Source: Spirochaetota bacterium (GTDB taxonomy: Bacteria > Spirochaetota > UBA4802 > UBA5550). Taken from it: a stretch of DNA of 64,000 nt. How positions within the stretch are numbered: position 1 is the stretch's first letter; each line of letters begins with the position of its first letter. This document shows positions 1 to 9,280 of the stretch, piece by piece. The position numbers were made by a program, and so were the translations under genes. The DNA lies in NCBI GenBank assembly GCA_963664815.2, contig CAXXHB010000003.1:3232001-3296000 (forward strand), given 5' to 3'. The notes under the pieces were generated by a model. It had not been told where the DNA came from, did no database searches, and worked only from the letters and a program-made list of their open reading frames with translations.

Positions 1-260
1 ATTTTAATAATAATTTGAGCCTCCGTCAATAATTTTACTTGTAATCATTTCAGCGATTATAGTAATACTTAAGAGTGGCCATAAAACAGCATTTATATAA
101 CAAAAGTAAACTCTGCAATGCATTCATGGGTCATTAACCGAAAGTTCAGGGTTAGTTATCCTGCCATAATGTATATGTCCGGATAATTAAGACAGTTTCT
201 GCCCATTCAGCAGTTGAATCTCAGAATTTACTATCAAGAAATTTTCAAAAGGGTATAATC

Positions 261-2405
261 ATGTACACAATAAATCTTACAGTAACATTTATAAGTACTT
301 TTCTTGTTTTGTTTTCTGCCCTTTTTGTACTTTATAAAAACAGAACCAGCCAGGCATGGCAGTTTTTTTTCATGTATAATTTCATTGCCACTGGAATTCC
401 CGGATGCATTTTTCTCACTTACTTCATGCATAATTCCTCTGATCTTGTTATCTACAGCAAATTAAGTCAGGTTTTTGGTATACTCTTTTCCGCTTCTGTT
501 TTAAATCTTTCTCTTACCTATCCCGGCAAAGATAAAAAAGTTCCTTTGTATATCCCTTTTCTGTTATCTCTCCCGGCTATTGTTTTTTCAATTTTCATCT
601 TAACAACAGACCTCACAGTTAAAAGTGCCAGATTTGACAACTGGAAACTGATAAGAGATATGGGAGTGTTATATCCCTTATACTCCGCGATTTCATTGCT
701 TTATTTTGTTACTAGCTGGATAATATTTATAATTAATTATATAAGAACAAAAGTAGAGACCTATAGGTTACAGATAAGATATGTTTTTCTCGCAACGTCT
801 ATATTTTTAACTTTGGGATATATCGGATCAATTTTACTTCCGCTAATTGCCAACAATTACACATTTTATGCACTTGGGATTTCAAGCGCCTCTGTTGTTT
901 CAACTATTACCCTCTTCTATTCGGTAATAGCATACAATATCATGGATATAAGAACTGCTATTCATAAAACTACAATGTATTTTGTGCTTAGTACTACTTT
1001 TTTTATCCCGGTTGCTATTATTATTTATCTTACAGAAAAGTTTAATAATTCACTGAATTTTCCCCCCGCAATCATTGCCGGATCGACAGTGATGTCTTTT
1101 ATTCTTTTTATATACCTCTTTCAGCCAGGAATAGACCGCGCTTTTAAAAGAAAAATTGCAGATATTGAAGATTTAACCAACAGATATATCCAGAAAGCCT
1201 CCAGATTAAAAACACTGGAAGAACTTGTTCAATCAAGTTCACTGGAACTTCACAACGCTCTGGGATTGGCACGTACGCTGTTTTTTATTTACGATGAAGA
1301 TACCAGAGGATTTAAAAAGTTTTTTGATACTTCCCCTTCTTTTGATGAAATAATAACAATCGACCGGCATTTTCCTCTTATTATATGGTTTGCAAGAAAT
1401 CAGGAAATACTCCCTCTCAACAGGGTCTATACTGATGATTTGTCATTTAAACCGATAAGAGAAGAAGTTTCAGGTTTTTACAACAGGTTTGGTATTGATG
1501 TCATACTTCCGATCTATTATGAAAACAGAATTTACGGAATGCTCTGCCTCGGGAGAAAGGAGAACATGAAATCAATCACTCCTGATGAGCTTTTAAAGCT
1601 TGAAGAATTCCGTATAAGATCAAACGATTTTATCATAACAACCCTTGCATATGATAAAGCAAAACAGGACCAGTTTATTTCCAGGAGTCTCGGCTTATCG
1701 GGAAGTATACTGCAAAGCTCTGCTGCAAATGCTTTACCCCAGATGAAAAACATGAAATTCGGTTCCTTAATAGCTCCGGGATACTCCAGAGGCGTAGATT
1801 ATTTTGATTTTCTCCAGCCTACAAAAAATACAATAGGGATTCTTTTTACTGATGTATCAGGTTTAGGTATAAACAATGCTCTTTATTCCGTTTTACTCCG
1901 GTCAGTTTTCCATTCATGTATAAATGAAGCAGCTTCTCCATACATCATTATCAAAAGAATAAACCTTGTTCTGCATGATTATACCAGGGGTAAAGGGGAG
2001 CTTGTAACCGCATTTTACGCTTTTTTTGATACAGAAACAAAAAGATTATTCTATTCCAATGCGGGATTTCCCCCTGCCGAGGTCTTCCGAATTGATAAAA
2101 ACGACTTCGACTCACTCGACACCGAGGGTTCTCCACTTGGTTACAAGCTTAATGCTGATTTTGGTCAGGGGCGCACTGAACTTAAAAGCGGGGATATTTG
2201 TATTATTTACTCCAAGTCATTTATTAACTCAAAAAACAGCGATAATGAGAGTTTTGGATTATTACGTTTAAGAAATATCATAAAGGAATCCAAATCAAAA
2301 CTCCCTGTTGATATTGTAAAAAACTTAAAAACCGGATATGAAAAATTCATGGGAATTGCCCTTCAGGGATCAGATATTACCCTTCTTGTAATAAAAATTA
2401 TTTAA
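261..2405 (+). CDS. Membrane sensor: ~8-TM N-terminal domain (HisKA_7TM-like), GAF-like domain and degenerate SpoIIE/PP2C phosphatase domain
   Basis: Hydrophobic N-terminus; GAF-like ILPIYYENRIYGMLCLGRK; PP2C-like GVDYFDF, FTDVSGLG, YSNAGFPP, SDITLL. Confidence 0.8.
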   Translation: MYTINLTVTFISTFLVLFSALFVLYKNRTSQAWQFFFMYNFIATGIPGCIFLTYFMHNSSDLVIYSKLSQVFGILFSASVLNLSLTYPGKDKKVPLYIPFLLSLPAIVFSIFILTTDLTVKSARFDNWKLIRDMGVLYPLYSAISLLYFVTSWIIFIINYIRTKVETYRLQIRYVFLATSIFLTLGYIGSILLPLIANNYTFYALGISSASVVSTITLFYSVIAYNIMDIRTAIHKTTMYFVLSTTFFIPVAIIIYLTEKFNNSLNFPPAIIAGSTVMSFILFIYLFQPGIDRAFKRKIADIEDLTNRYIQKASRLKTLEELVQSSSLELHNALGLARTLFFIYDEDTRGFKKFFDTSPSFDEIITIDRHFPLIIWFARNQEILPLNRVYTDDLSFKPIREEVSGFYNRFGIDVILPIYYENRIYGMLCLGRKENMKSITPDELLKLEEFRIRSNDFIITTLAYDKAKQDQFISRSLGLSGSILQSSAANALPQMKNMKFGSLIAPGYSRGVDYFDFLQPTKNTIGILFTDVSGLGINNALYSVLLRSVFHSCINEAASPYIIIKRINLVLHDYTRGKGELVTAFYAFFDTETKRLFYSNAGFPPAEVFRIDKNDFDSLDTEGSPLGYKLNADFGQGRTELKSGDICIIYSKSFINSKNSDNESFGLLRLRNIIKESKSKLPVDIVKNLKTGYEKFMGIALQGSDITLLVIKII

Positions 2406-2438
2406 CACTTTTTTAGTACAAATAAATGATTATATCTT

Positions 2439-2456
2439 GCCGCCGTTTTAGGCGGC
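2439..2456 (+). terminator. GC-rich hairpin after the sensor gene, possible terminator
   Basis: GCCGCC-gtttta-GGCGGC; no good U-tract. Confidence 0.4.
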
Positions 2457-2628
2457 TGTACAAATAGAACATTTTATATTATAAAAATTTCCAGTACTGT
2501 TATTAAAAAAAATACCTTTTTTTTAAACAAAAATTTGACATTTTTTAATTAGTTGAATACTTATTAATCAGGATTGTATATTTTCAAAGCTTAAAAAGAT
2601 CCAGATTTGATACTCAGGAGGATTCCCG

Positions 2629-2976
2629 ATGGGAAACAGAAAAGAAAGGGCTATGATGCCTGAACTGACAGATGAAATTACTCTTTGTAATGAATTGTTT
2701 TCAAAATGCTGCCATGATGAATTAAGAGAGATCGATAAACATGAAATTATTGTTAAAATCTGTCAGATAATCGGTTCAACTCCGGAAAACCTGTGTAAAG
2801 CAGAGGAAGTGTTTAATACCATTAAATATGACATAACAAAATATACTTTGCATCATGAATACTGCTCAGAAACAAAAAATCAGGTTAAACCTAAATTTTT
2901 ACTATGGCTGGACAGCAAAGCTGAGCCGCAGAAAGCCAGAGAGCTGTCGAATTTTCTTGATAAGTACCTGAAATAA
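2629..2976 (+). CDS. Hypothetical protein, 115 aa, 6 Cys
   Basis: Strong RBS AGGAGG; ends 3 nt before queH. Confidence 0.75.
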   Translation: MGNRKERAMMPELTDEITLCNELFSKCCHDELREIDKHEIIVKICQIIGSTPENLCKAEEVFNTIKYDITKYTLHHEYCSETKNQVKPKFLLWLDSKAEPQKARELSNFLDKYLK

Positions 2977-2979
2977 AGA

Positions 2980-3849
2980 GTGAATTTAAAAAAAATATTA
3001 CTTCACACCTGTTGTGCTCCATGCATTGGGTATGTTTATGAGATTTTAAAAGAAAAATTCATAGTGTCGGCATATTTCTATAATCCTAATATTATGCCGA
3101 CAGATGAATACAGGAAAAGATATGCCGAGTTGGAAACATACAGCAGGTTTAAAGGTTTTAATCTTATAACAGAAATTCCAGATGTAAAAAACTGGGTAAA
3201 TGAAATAAAAGAATTCCGTTATTATGGTGAATATACAGAACGATGCTGGAAGTGTTACGAAATCAGACTGGAAAGCACATTCAAAAAAGCCGTCGAATTA
3301 AAATTTGATTTAGTAGCTACTACTCTGTCTATAAGCCCCCACAAAAATGCTGCAAAAATCAATGAAATAGGTGAAAAACTTTCAAAAAAATACAGTATTG
3401 AGTTTTATTCTGCGGATTTTAAAAAAAATGACGGAGTAAGAAAATCTGTTGAAATATCAAAATTAAACAGTTTTTACAGACAGAATTACTGCGGATGTAT
3501 TTATTCAAAACTTGAAAAAGACAGTAAAAGTCCATGGTCGGAAAAAGCAAGAGAATTCAGACTGAAAAATTTATCAGCAGCAGGATCAGGTAATGATCTT
3601 TCTGAAATGCTTTCAGGTAACGAAATTGACCTGCACCATTTCCACCATTCAGACACAGCATTGCTTATAGAAAAATTCCTTGAAAACGCTGTTAATAAAA
3701 AATATAAAAATGTAAGAATCATCCATGGAAAAGGAAAATCTGTAAAAAAAAGACAGATACACGAAATTCTGAAAAGTCACCCATCCGTAATAGTATTTCA
3801 TGATGACTCAGGTAACTGGGGTGCGACTGTTATCACCCTTAAAATATAA
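2980..3849 (+). CDS. queH: Epoxyqueuosine reductase QueH (DUF208) fused to a C-terminal Smr domain
   Basis: LLHTCCAPC, RCWKCY, YRQNYCGC; C-terminal IDLH...RIIHGKG...NWGATV. Confidence 0.9.
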   Translation: MNLKKILLHTCCAPCIGYVYEILKEKFIVSAYFYNPNIMPTDEYRKRYAELETYSRFKGFNLITEIPDVKNWVNEIKEFRYYGEYTERCWKCYEIRLESTFKKAVELKFDLVATTLSISPHKNAAKINEIGEKLSKKYSIEFYSADFKKNDGVRKSVEISKLNSFYRQNYCGCIYSKLEKDSKSPWSEKAREFRLKNLSAAGSGNDLSEMLSGNEIDLHHFHHSDTALLIEKFLENAVNKKYKNVRIIHGKGKSVKKRQIHEILKSHPSVIVFHDDSGNWGATVITLKI

Positions 3850-3859
3850 AAAAATTTTT

Positions 3860-5629
3860 TTAAATTCCTGCAGGAACGAAATGCCACTTCCCCTTTTCAT
3901 CAAAAGATAAAAGCCGAAGTTCTATTTTTTCACCGGATTTATATATTTTATTATTGTTATTCATTCCGCAAAGTTCCAGTAAATTATCACTGTGATTAAG
4001 CAAACTCCCTGATACATTCTCAATATCTTCACTGTATACTTTTATTTCAAGCTTGGGAGAATCGAGCATCACATACAATCTTGTTTCTTTCATGCCGAGT
4101 ATTGTCCCCGGATGAAGCGGCCTTTTGTTAAATTCCAGCTCCAGTTCAATGTTAAATACTGAATCAAGCAGCAGTTGGTTGACAAAGCGATCTATTGACT
4201 TCTGTGTTTCTTTTGACCTGTTGGCGGAATTTATCACCTGTTCGCGGATCATCAGATCATCCTCGTCAGAATTCGGCACCTCAATACCGAGTTTTTCAAG
4301 CAGCTCCTTGTGTGAAAATATTCCGACAATTTCTCTCATAGGGGATGAGAATCGTCCATAAAGATTCACTTTAAGAGCAAAATGCTGTCCGGGATGTTCC
4401 GAGAAAAATGATCTCTGATTTGTTATAAGTATCTGGCGCTCTATTGTTTCAGTAATCCGTCCGGCATCACCATCCCTGGGAAGCCTTGCAAGATATTCTC
4501 CGGATGTTTCTTCACCCTTCTTCCATATCCAGCATTTATCCAGTAAATGAATATCAACTATTGAGTTAATCACTTTTTCAAGTCTGTTCAGGCTCGATTC
4601 ATCAGGGGCGCCATGTACCCTGAAAATGGGATGAATATGCAGGTCGTTCCCGTTACCTTCAGGCGCAAGGATTCCGGCACCGGCCATGTTGCATATAAGA
4701 GAAACCTGTTCATTCCAGCGGCTCGTATCGTTTCTTTCAGTTTCTTTAAATATAAAGCTGTTTCCATCCCCGTTTATACTTATTAAATTCTCAAATCTCT
4801 CGAAATTTATTACACCCCTCTTCTCCCCATTACAAGCCAGTATCCTTCCTGCCTCCTGAAGAAAAATAAGTGAAGATCTGAACTCTTCATTATTGATAAA
4901 ACTGCTTTCCATGCAGTTATAGAAATCCTGCACTCCGGTATAGGAAAGTTTTGCCCTGCTCAGAATTTTAGAGCGCAGCACTCTGTTTGAAACTATTTCT
5001 CCTGCCAGATCAATCTGAATGATAAAAACTATTGCCCTTCTTGAAACACCTTCATTGAGAGAAATTATTCCCTCTGATAATTCCGGCGGAAGCATCGGTA
5101 CAGTAAATCCCGGCAGATAGTAACTCGCCCCTCTTCTGATACTTTCCTTAAAAAGAGCGGAACCCGGTTTCACATAATATGAAGCGTCCGCTATAGCATA
5201 ATAAATTTCATAACCTGAAATGTTTTTCTCTACATATACTGCCTGATCCAGATCTTTTGATCCGTCATTATCAATGGTCACAAAAGGCAGTTTTGTATAA
5301 TCATGAAGAAGCGGATCATCAACTCCAGGATTCAGTACAATCTTTTCAACTTCCTTCATAACTTCATTCGGGAACAAAGGATTTATTCCGGTTCTTTCAA
5401 ATTCAAGCAGATACCTGTTAATTATCGACCCCTTTTTATAAACAGTATTTGACAATTCACTATATGAGTTACTTCTTTTGAAAAAAACAATATCACCTTC
5501 TTCCATAGATTTCTCATATTCATTATAGATCAGAAGATTTCCGTCACCAAACATCGGACGAAGCGAAATATACTTCCCTTTTCTTATACATATAGCTATT
5601 AAACATTCACTGTCTTTTATCTGATTCAT
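3860..5629 (-). CDS. RNB-domain exoribonuclease (RNase II/R family)
   Basis: TIDNDGSKDLDQA, AIADAS, RGASYYLP..VPMLP, FSSPMRE; start moved to ATG 5629, which has an RBS. Confidence 0.88.
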   Translation of the reverse strand: MNQIKDSECLIAICIRKGKYISLRPMFGDGNLLIYNEYEKSMEEGDIVFFKRSNSYSELSNTVYKKGSIINRYLLEFERTGINPLFPNEVMKEVEKIVLNPGVDDPLLHDYTKLPFVTIDNDGSKDLDQAVYVEKNISGYEIYYAIADASYYVKPGSALFKESIRRGASYYLPGFTVPMLPPELSEGIISLNEGVSRRAIVFIIQIDLAGEIVSNRVLRSKILSRAKLSYTGVQDFYNCMESSFINNEEFRSSLIFLQEAGRILACNGEKRGVINFERFENLISINGDGNSFIFKETERNDTSRWNEQVSLICNMAGAGILAPEGNGNDLHIHPIFRVHGAPDESSLNRLEKVINSIVDIHLLDKCWIWKKGEETSGEYLARLPRDGDAGRITETIERQILITNQRSFFSEHPGQHFALKVNLYGRFSSPMREIVGIFSHKELLEKLGIEVPNSDEDDLMIREQVINSANRSKETQKSIDRFVNQLLLDSVFNIELELEFNKRPLHPGTILGMKETRLYVMLDSPKLEIKVYSEDIENVSGSLLNHSDNLLELCGMNNNNKIYKSGEKIELRLLSFDEKGKWHFVPAGI

Positions 5630-5735
5630 ACCCTTACCCGGCATTAAAATAATCATTTCCAATTACAGTATTTTCATAAATAATTATCAACCATTTTTAG
5701 TCAGCGACTTCATTAAGAACCTGGTTGTTAAAGAA

Positions 5736-5788
5736 TTGACAATTATTATCAGGTATAATATATTATGTATTATACCTGATAATAATTG
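5736..5788 (+). promoter_or_regulatory. sigma70-type xpt promoter overlapped by a perfect 21-bp inverted repeat
   Basis: TTGACA(5736)-17 nt-TATATT; arms 5740-5760 and 5768-5788. Confidence 0.7.
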
Positions 5789-5795
5789 GTGATAA

Positions 5796-6365
5796 ATGGA
5801 ACTTCTCAAAAACAGAATTTTGAAAGATGGTCAGATAATTACAGATCAGATTTTAAGAGTTGATTCTTTCCTAAATCATCAGATAGACCCTGCCCTTGTC
5901 GATGAAATTGCAGCTGAATTTACATACAGATTTTCTGACTCGCATTTCAATAAAATTCTTACTGTTGAGTCATCAGGAATCGCTCCCGCCGTTTTAACCG
6001 GTCTCAAACTTTCAATTCCTGTAATTTTTGCAAAAAAAAGCAGACCATCAACGATGACTGAAGATACCTATTCAGCAACTGTACATTCATTCACAAAAAA
6101 TAGTGATTACGACATTTCAGTTTCCTCCAATTATATTAAAAAAGGGGACCAGTTTTTAATCATTGATGATTTTCTTGCTAACGGTAGCGCTTCCCGTGCT
6201 CTTATAAACATAGTCGAACAGAGTGGAGCAAAGGTCAACGGTATCGGGATAATAATTGAAAAAGGATTTCAGAATGGCGGTAAACTGATAAGAGAAATGG
6301 GATATAAACTGGTTTCCCTCGCCATAATAGACAGTATGAGTGAAAATAAAATACAATTCAGATGA
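5796..6365 (+). CDS. xpt: Xanthine phosphoribosyltransferase
   Basis: LRVDSFLNHQIDP, ILTVESSGIAPA, IIDDFLANG. Confidence 0.95.
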   Translation: MELLKNRILKDGQIITDQILRVDSFLNHQIDPALVDEIAAEFTYRFSDSHFNKILTVESSGIAPAVLTGLKLSIPVIFAKKSRPSTMTEDTYSATVHSFTKNSDYDISVSSNYIKKGDQFLIIDDFLANGSASRALINIVEQSGAKVNGIGIIIEKGFQNGGKLIREMGYKLVSLAIIDSMSENKIQFR

Positions 6366-6496
6366 TAAATATATAAAACAATAAACATAATACGCCAATT
6401 CATTGCATGATCGGCAGATTTTTATTTAATGTTTGTTGCTGGTATCATATTATCCGGTTGTATAATTTGAATAAAAAAAACAGAGGGTGAAATACC

Positions 6497-7585
6497 ATGA
6501 AAAAGTTTACATTTTTTTCAGTCCTTGCTCTGACTGCGCTTATTGCATTCAGCAGCTGCGACAAAAAGGAAAAAACAAAAGTTGACGGCAAGGAAGTGGT
6601 TATGGGTTTTGTATATGTCGGCCCCATTGGTGATGGAGGGTGGACCTATGCTCATGAACAGGGAAGAAAATTCGTTGAAAAGGAAACAGGCATCAGGACA
6701 ATTTTCAAGGAAACAGTTCCGGAGGGAGCCGAAGTTAAAGATGTAATAAGAAGCATGATCGATCAGGGTGCTACTATTATCGCCGCTACAAGTTTCGGAT
6801 ACATGGATTATGTTGTAGAAATAGCGAAAGAATTTCCAAAAGTAAAATTCCTTCACTGCTCAGGTTATAAAATGGGAGAAAACCTTTCAACATATTTCGG
6901 AAGAATAGAACAGCCGAGATACCTTTCCGGTATAGTTGCAGGGATGAAAACAAAAACAAATAAAATAGGTTACGTAGCAGCATTTGAAATTCCGGAAGTA
7001 ATAAGAGGGATAAATGCTTTCACTCTTGGTGCAAAATCAGTAAACCCAAAAGTCGAAGTTCATGTAAGATGGACTCATACATGGTATGATCCGGCTAAAG
7101 AGAAAGAGGCTGCAAAAGCGCTGCTGGACGATAAATGTGATGTAATAGCCCAACACCAGGATACAGCTGGTCCTCAACAAGCTGCCGAAGAGCGCGGAGT
7201 ATTTTCAGTAGGATATAACTCTGATATGTCAAAAATGGCTCCTAAAGCATATATGACAGCACCGATATGGAACTGGGGACCATATTACACAGCTGAAGTT
7301 AAAAAGGTACTAAACGGAACATGGAAAGCAGCAGATTACTGGGAAGGGATGAATGCCGACATAGTAAGGCTGGCTCCTATCACAAAAAATGCCCCTGACG
7401 GCGCTGAAGCAAAAGTGAATGAAGTTAAAAAGAAAATTCTTGACGGCTCATTCAATGTATTCTCCGGGCCGATCAAAGACCAGAAAGGAACAGTTAAAGT
7501 TCCTGCAGGATCTGCCCTGTCTGATAAAGATCAGCTTTCTTGCGACTGGTTTGTTGAGGGAGTTATAGGTAAAGCAAAAAAATAA
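6497..7585 (+). CDS. BMP-family (purine nucleoside) ABC substrate-binding lipoprotein
   Basis: Lipobox FSSC; GFVYVGPIGDGGWTYAH, TWYDP, IWNWGPYY. Confidence 0.93.
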   Translation: MKKFTFFSVLALTALIAFSSCDKKEKTKVDGKEVVMGFVYVGPIGDGGWTYAHEQGRKFVEKETGIRTIFKETVPEGAEVKDVIRSMIDQGATIIAATSFGYMDYVVEIAKEFPKVKFLHCSGYKMGENLSTYFGRIEQPRYLSGIVAGMKTKTNKIGYVAAFEIPEVIRGINAFTLGAKSVNPKVEVHVRWTHTWYDPAKEKEAAKALLDDKCDVIAQHQDTAGPQQAAEERGVFSVGYNSDMSKMAPKAYMTAPIWNWGPYYTAEVKKVLNGTWKAADYWEGMNADIVRLAPITKNAPDGAEAKVNEVKKKILDGSFNVFSGPIKDQKGTVKVPAGSALSDKDQLSCDWFVEGVIGKAKK

Positions 7586-7665
7586 ACAACACTATCTCTT
7601 CAGGGTTCTCAGTCACATATAATCTGATCCCTGATAAAGAGCTGATAAAAAAATATCTGACATTT

Positions 7666-7708
7666 ATAAAAAACCGGCGAAAATAAGTTTAAACGCCGGT
7701 TTTTTTAT
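7666..7708 (+). terminator. Intrinsic terminator/attenuator between the binding-protein and ATPase genes
   Basis: AAAAAACCGGCG...CGCCGGTTTTTTT. Confidence 0.75.
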
Positions 7709-7771
7709 TTACAATATGCTTTCAGCAAAAATTCTGTTATTATTAAATATAGGTTTAATATAGGTAATACC

Positions 7772-9280
7772 ATTAAAGAACAGACAGCAGTTAAAATGGT
7801 TAACATCTCCAAGTTTTTTGGCGGGATAAAAGCCAATAATAACATCTCTTTCAGCGTAAACTATGGAGAAATATACGCCATTCTTGGAGAAAACGGTGCA
7901 GGAAAAAGTACGCTGGTTAACATGCTTTCCGGCGTCTATACTCCCGATTCCGGCGAGATATATGTGCATAATAAAAAACTGAGGTTTTCATCCCCCGGAG
8001 ACTCAATCGCTTCCGGCATAGGTATGATTCATCAACACTTCAAACTGGTGGAGGTCATGACCGCTGCGGAAAATATTATTATAGGACAAAAACGTTCTTT
8101 TATCATCAAACGGAATAAACTGAGAAAAACAATAAACTCCATATCTGAAAAATATGGGTTTAAAACTGAACCTGATAAATATATTTACAACATGTCTGTA
8201 GGTGAGAAACAGAGCATAGAGATATTAAAAGTTTTATATCGCGGAGCGGATATACTGATACTGGATGAGCCAACTGCCGTACTTACACCTCAGGAAACAC
8301 ACAAGCTTTTTAAAATACTGCTTAAAATGAAAGATGAAGGATGTGCTGTAATTATAATTACACATAAACTTCATGAGGTAATGGATATCAGCGACAGAGT
8401 TACCGTACTTCGCCATGGTGAAATCGCCGGAACTCTGAACACCAGGGAGACTAATCCAAAAGAACTAACCTCAATGATGGTGGGAAAACCGGTGGATCTT
8501 TCAATTGATCGACCTCTGTTTTTAAAAAATGAGGTTATGCTTGAAGTTAAAAACCTTTCGCTGATCGACCGTGACAATGTTAAAAAATTGGATAATGTTT
8601 CATTTGATGTTAAGGCCGGAGAGATTATGGGAGTTGCCGGAATCGCCGGAAGCGGTCAAAAGGAACTTTGTGAGAGTATACAGGGACTCGAGAGAAGAAA
8701 ACGCGGAGAGATTCTGTTCAGAGGTGAAAATATAGCCCGTCTTACTCCAAGATCAATATTTGAGCGTGGACTTCGCATCAGCTTCATCCCGGAAGACAGA
8801 CTCGGGATGGGCCTTGTTCCAAGCATGGATATAGTAGATAATGTGATAATGAAAGATTACTATCTTCAGAAAAATCTGTTACTGGACCGGAATCCTGCAC
8901 GTGTCCGCGCTGAACATATTGTAAAAATGCTCAATGTCCAGACGCCTGGAATTAATCACCCTGTTAATCAGCTTTCAGGAGGAAACATTCAGAAGGTACT
9001 TCTTGGCCGTGAAATTGATGCCAACCCTGATTTTCTGGTAACAGCCTACCCTACAAGAGGCCTGGACATAGGCTCATCACACCTTATTTATGATGAGCTT
9101 AACAGACAGAAGACAAAAGGTGTTGGAATAATTTACGTCGGAGAGGATCTCAATGTTCTTCTGAGTCTTTGTGACAGAATAATGGTTCTTTTTGAAGGAA
9201 GGATCATCGGGATTGTAGATGCTTCTTCATCTACAAAGGATGAAATCGGATTCATGATGCTCGGAGGTAAAGAATGCTGA
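7772..9280 (+). CDS. Nucleoside/sugar (CUT2) ABC transporter ATPase with two NBDs; probable ATT start at 7772 (first ATG at 7796)
   Basis: GENGAGKST, LILDEPTAVLT, LSGGNIQK, PTRGLD. Confidence 0.93.
   Translation: MKEQTAVKMVNISKFFGGIKANNNISFSVNYGEIYAILGENGAGKSTLVNMLSGVYTPDSGEIYVHNKKLRFSSPGDSIASGIGMIHQHFKLVEVMTAAENIIIGQKRSFIIKRNKLRKTINSISEKYGFKTEPDKYIYNMSVGEKQSIEILKVLYRGADILILDEPTAVLTPQETHKLFKILLKMKDEGCAVIIITHKLHEVMDISDRVTVLRHGEIAGTLNTRETNPKELTSMMVGKPVDLSIDRPLFLKNEVMLEVKNLSLIDRDNVKKLDNVSFDVKAGEIMGVAGIAGSGQKELCESIQGLERRKRGEILFRGENIARLTPRSIFERGLRISFIPEDRLGMGLVPSMDIVDNVIMKDYYLQKNLLLDRNPARVRAEHIVKMLNVQTPGINHPVNQLSGGNIQKVLLGREIDANPDFLVTAYPTRGLDIGSSHLIYDELNRQKTKGVGIIYVGEDLNVLLSLCDRIMVLFEGRIIGIVDASSSTKDEIGFMMLGGKEC

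Noticed and set aside
6366-7660. Purine riboswitch near xpt/BMP (e.g. CATATAATC near 7616)
   Set aside because: The conserved GATATGG, GTTTCTACC and CCGTAAA elements are absent
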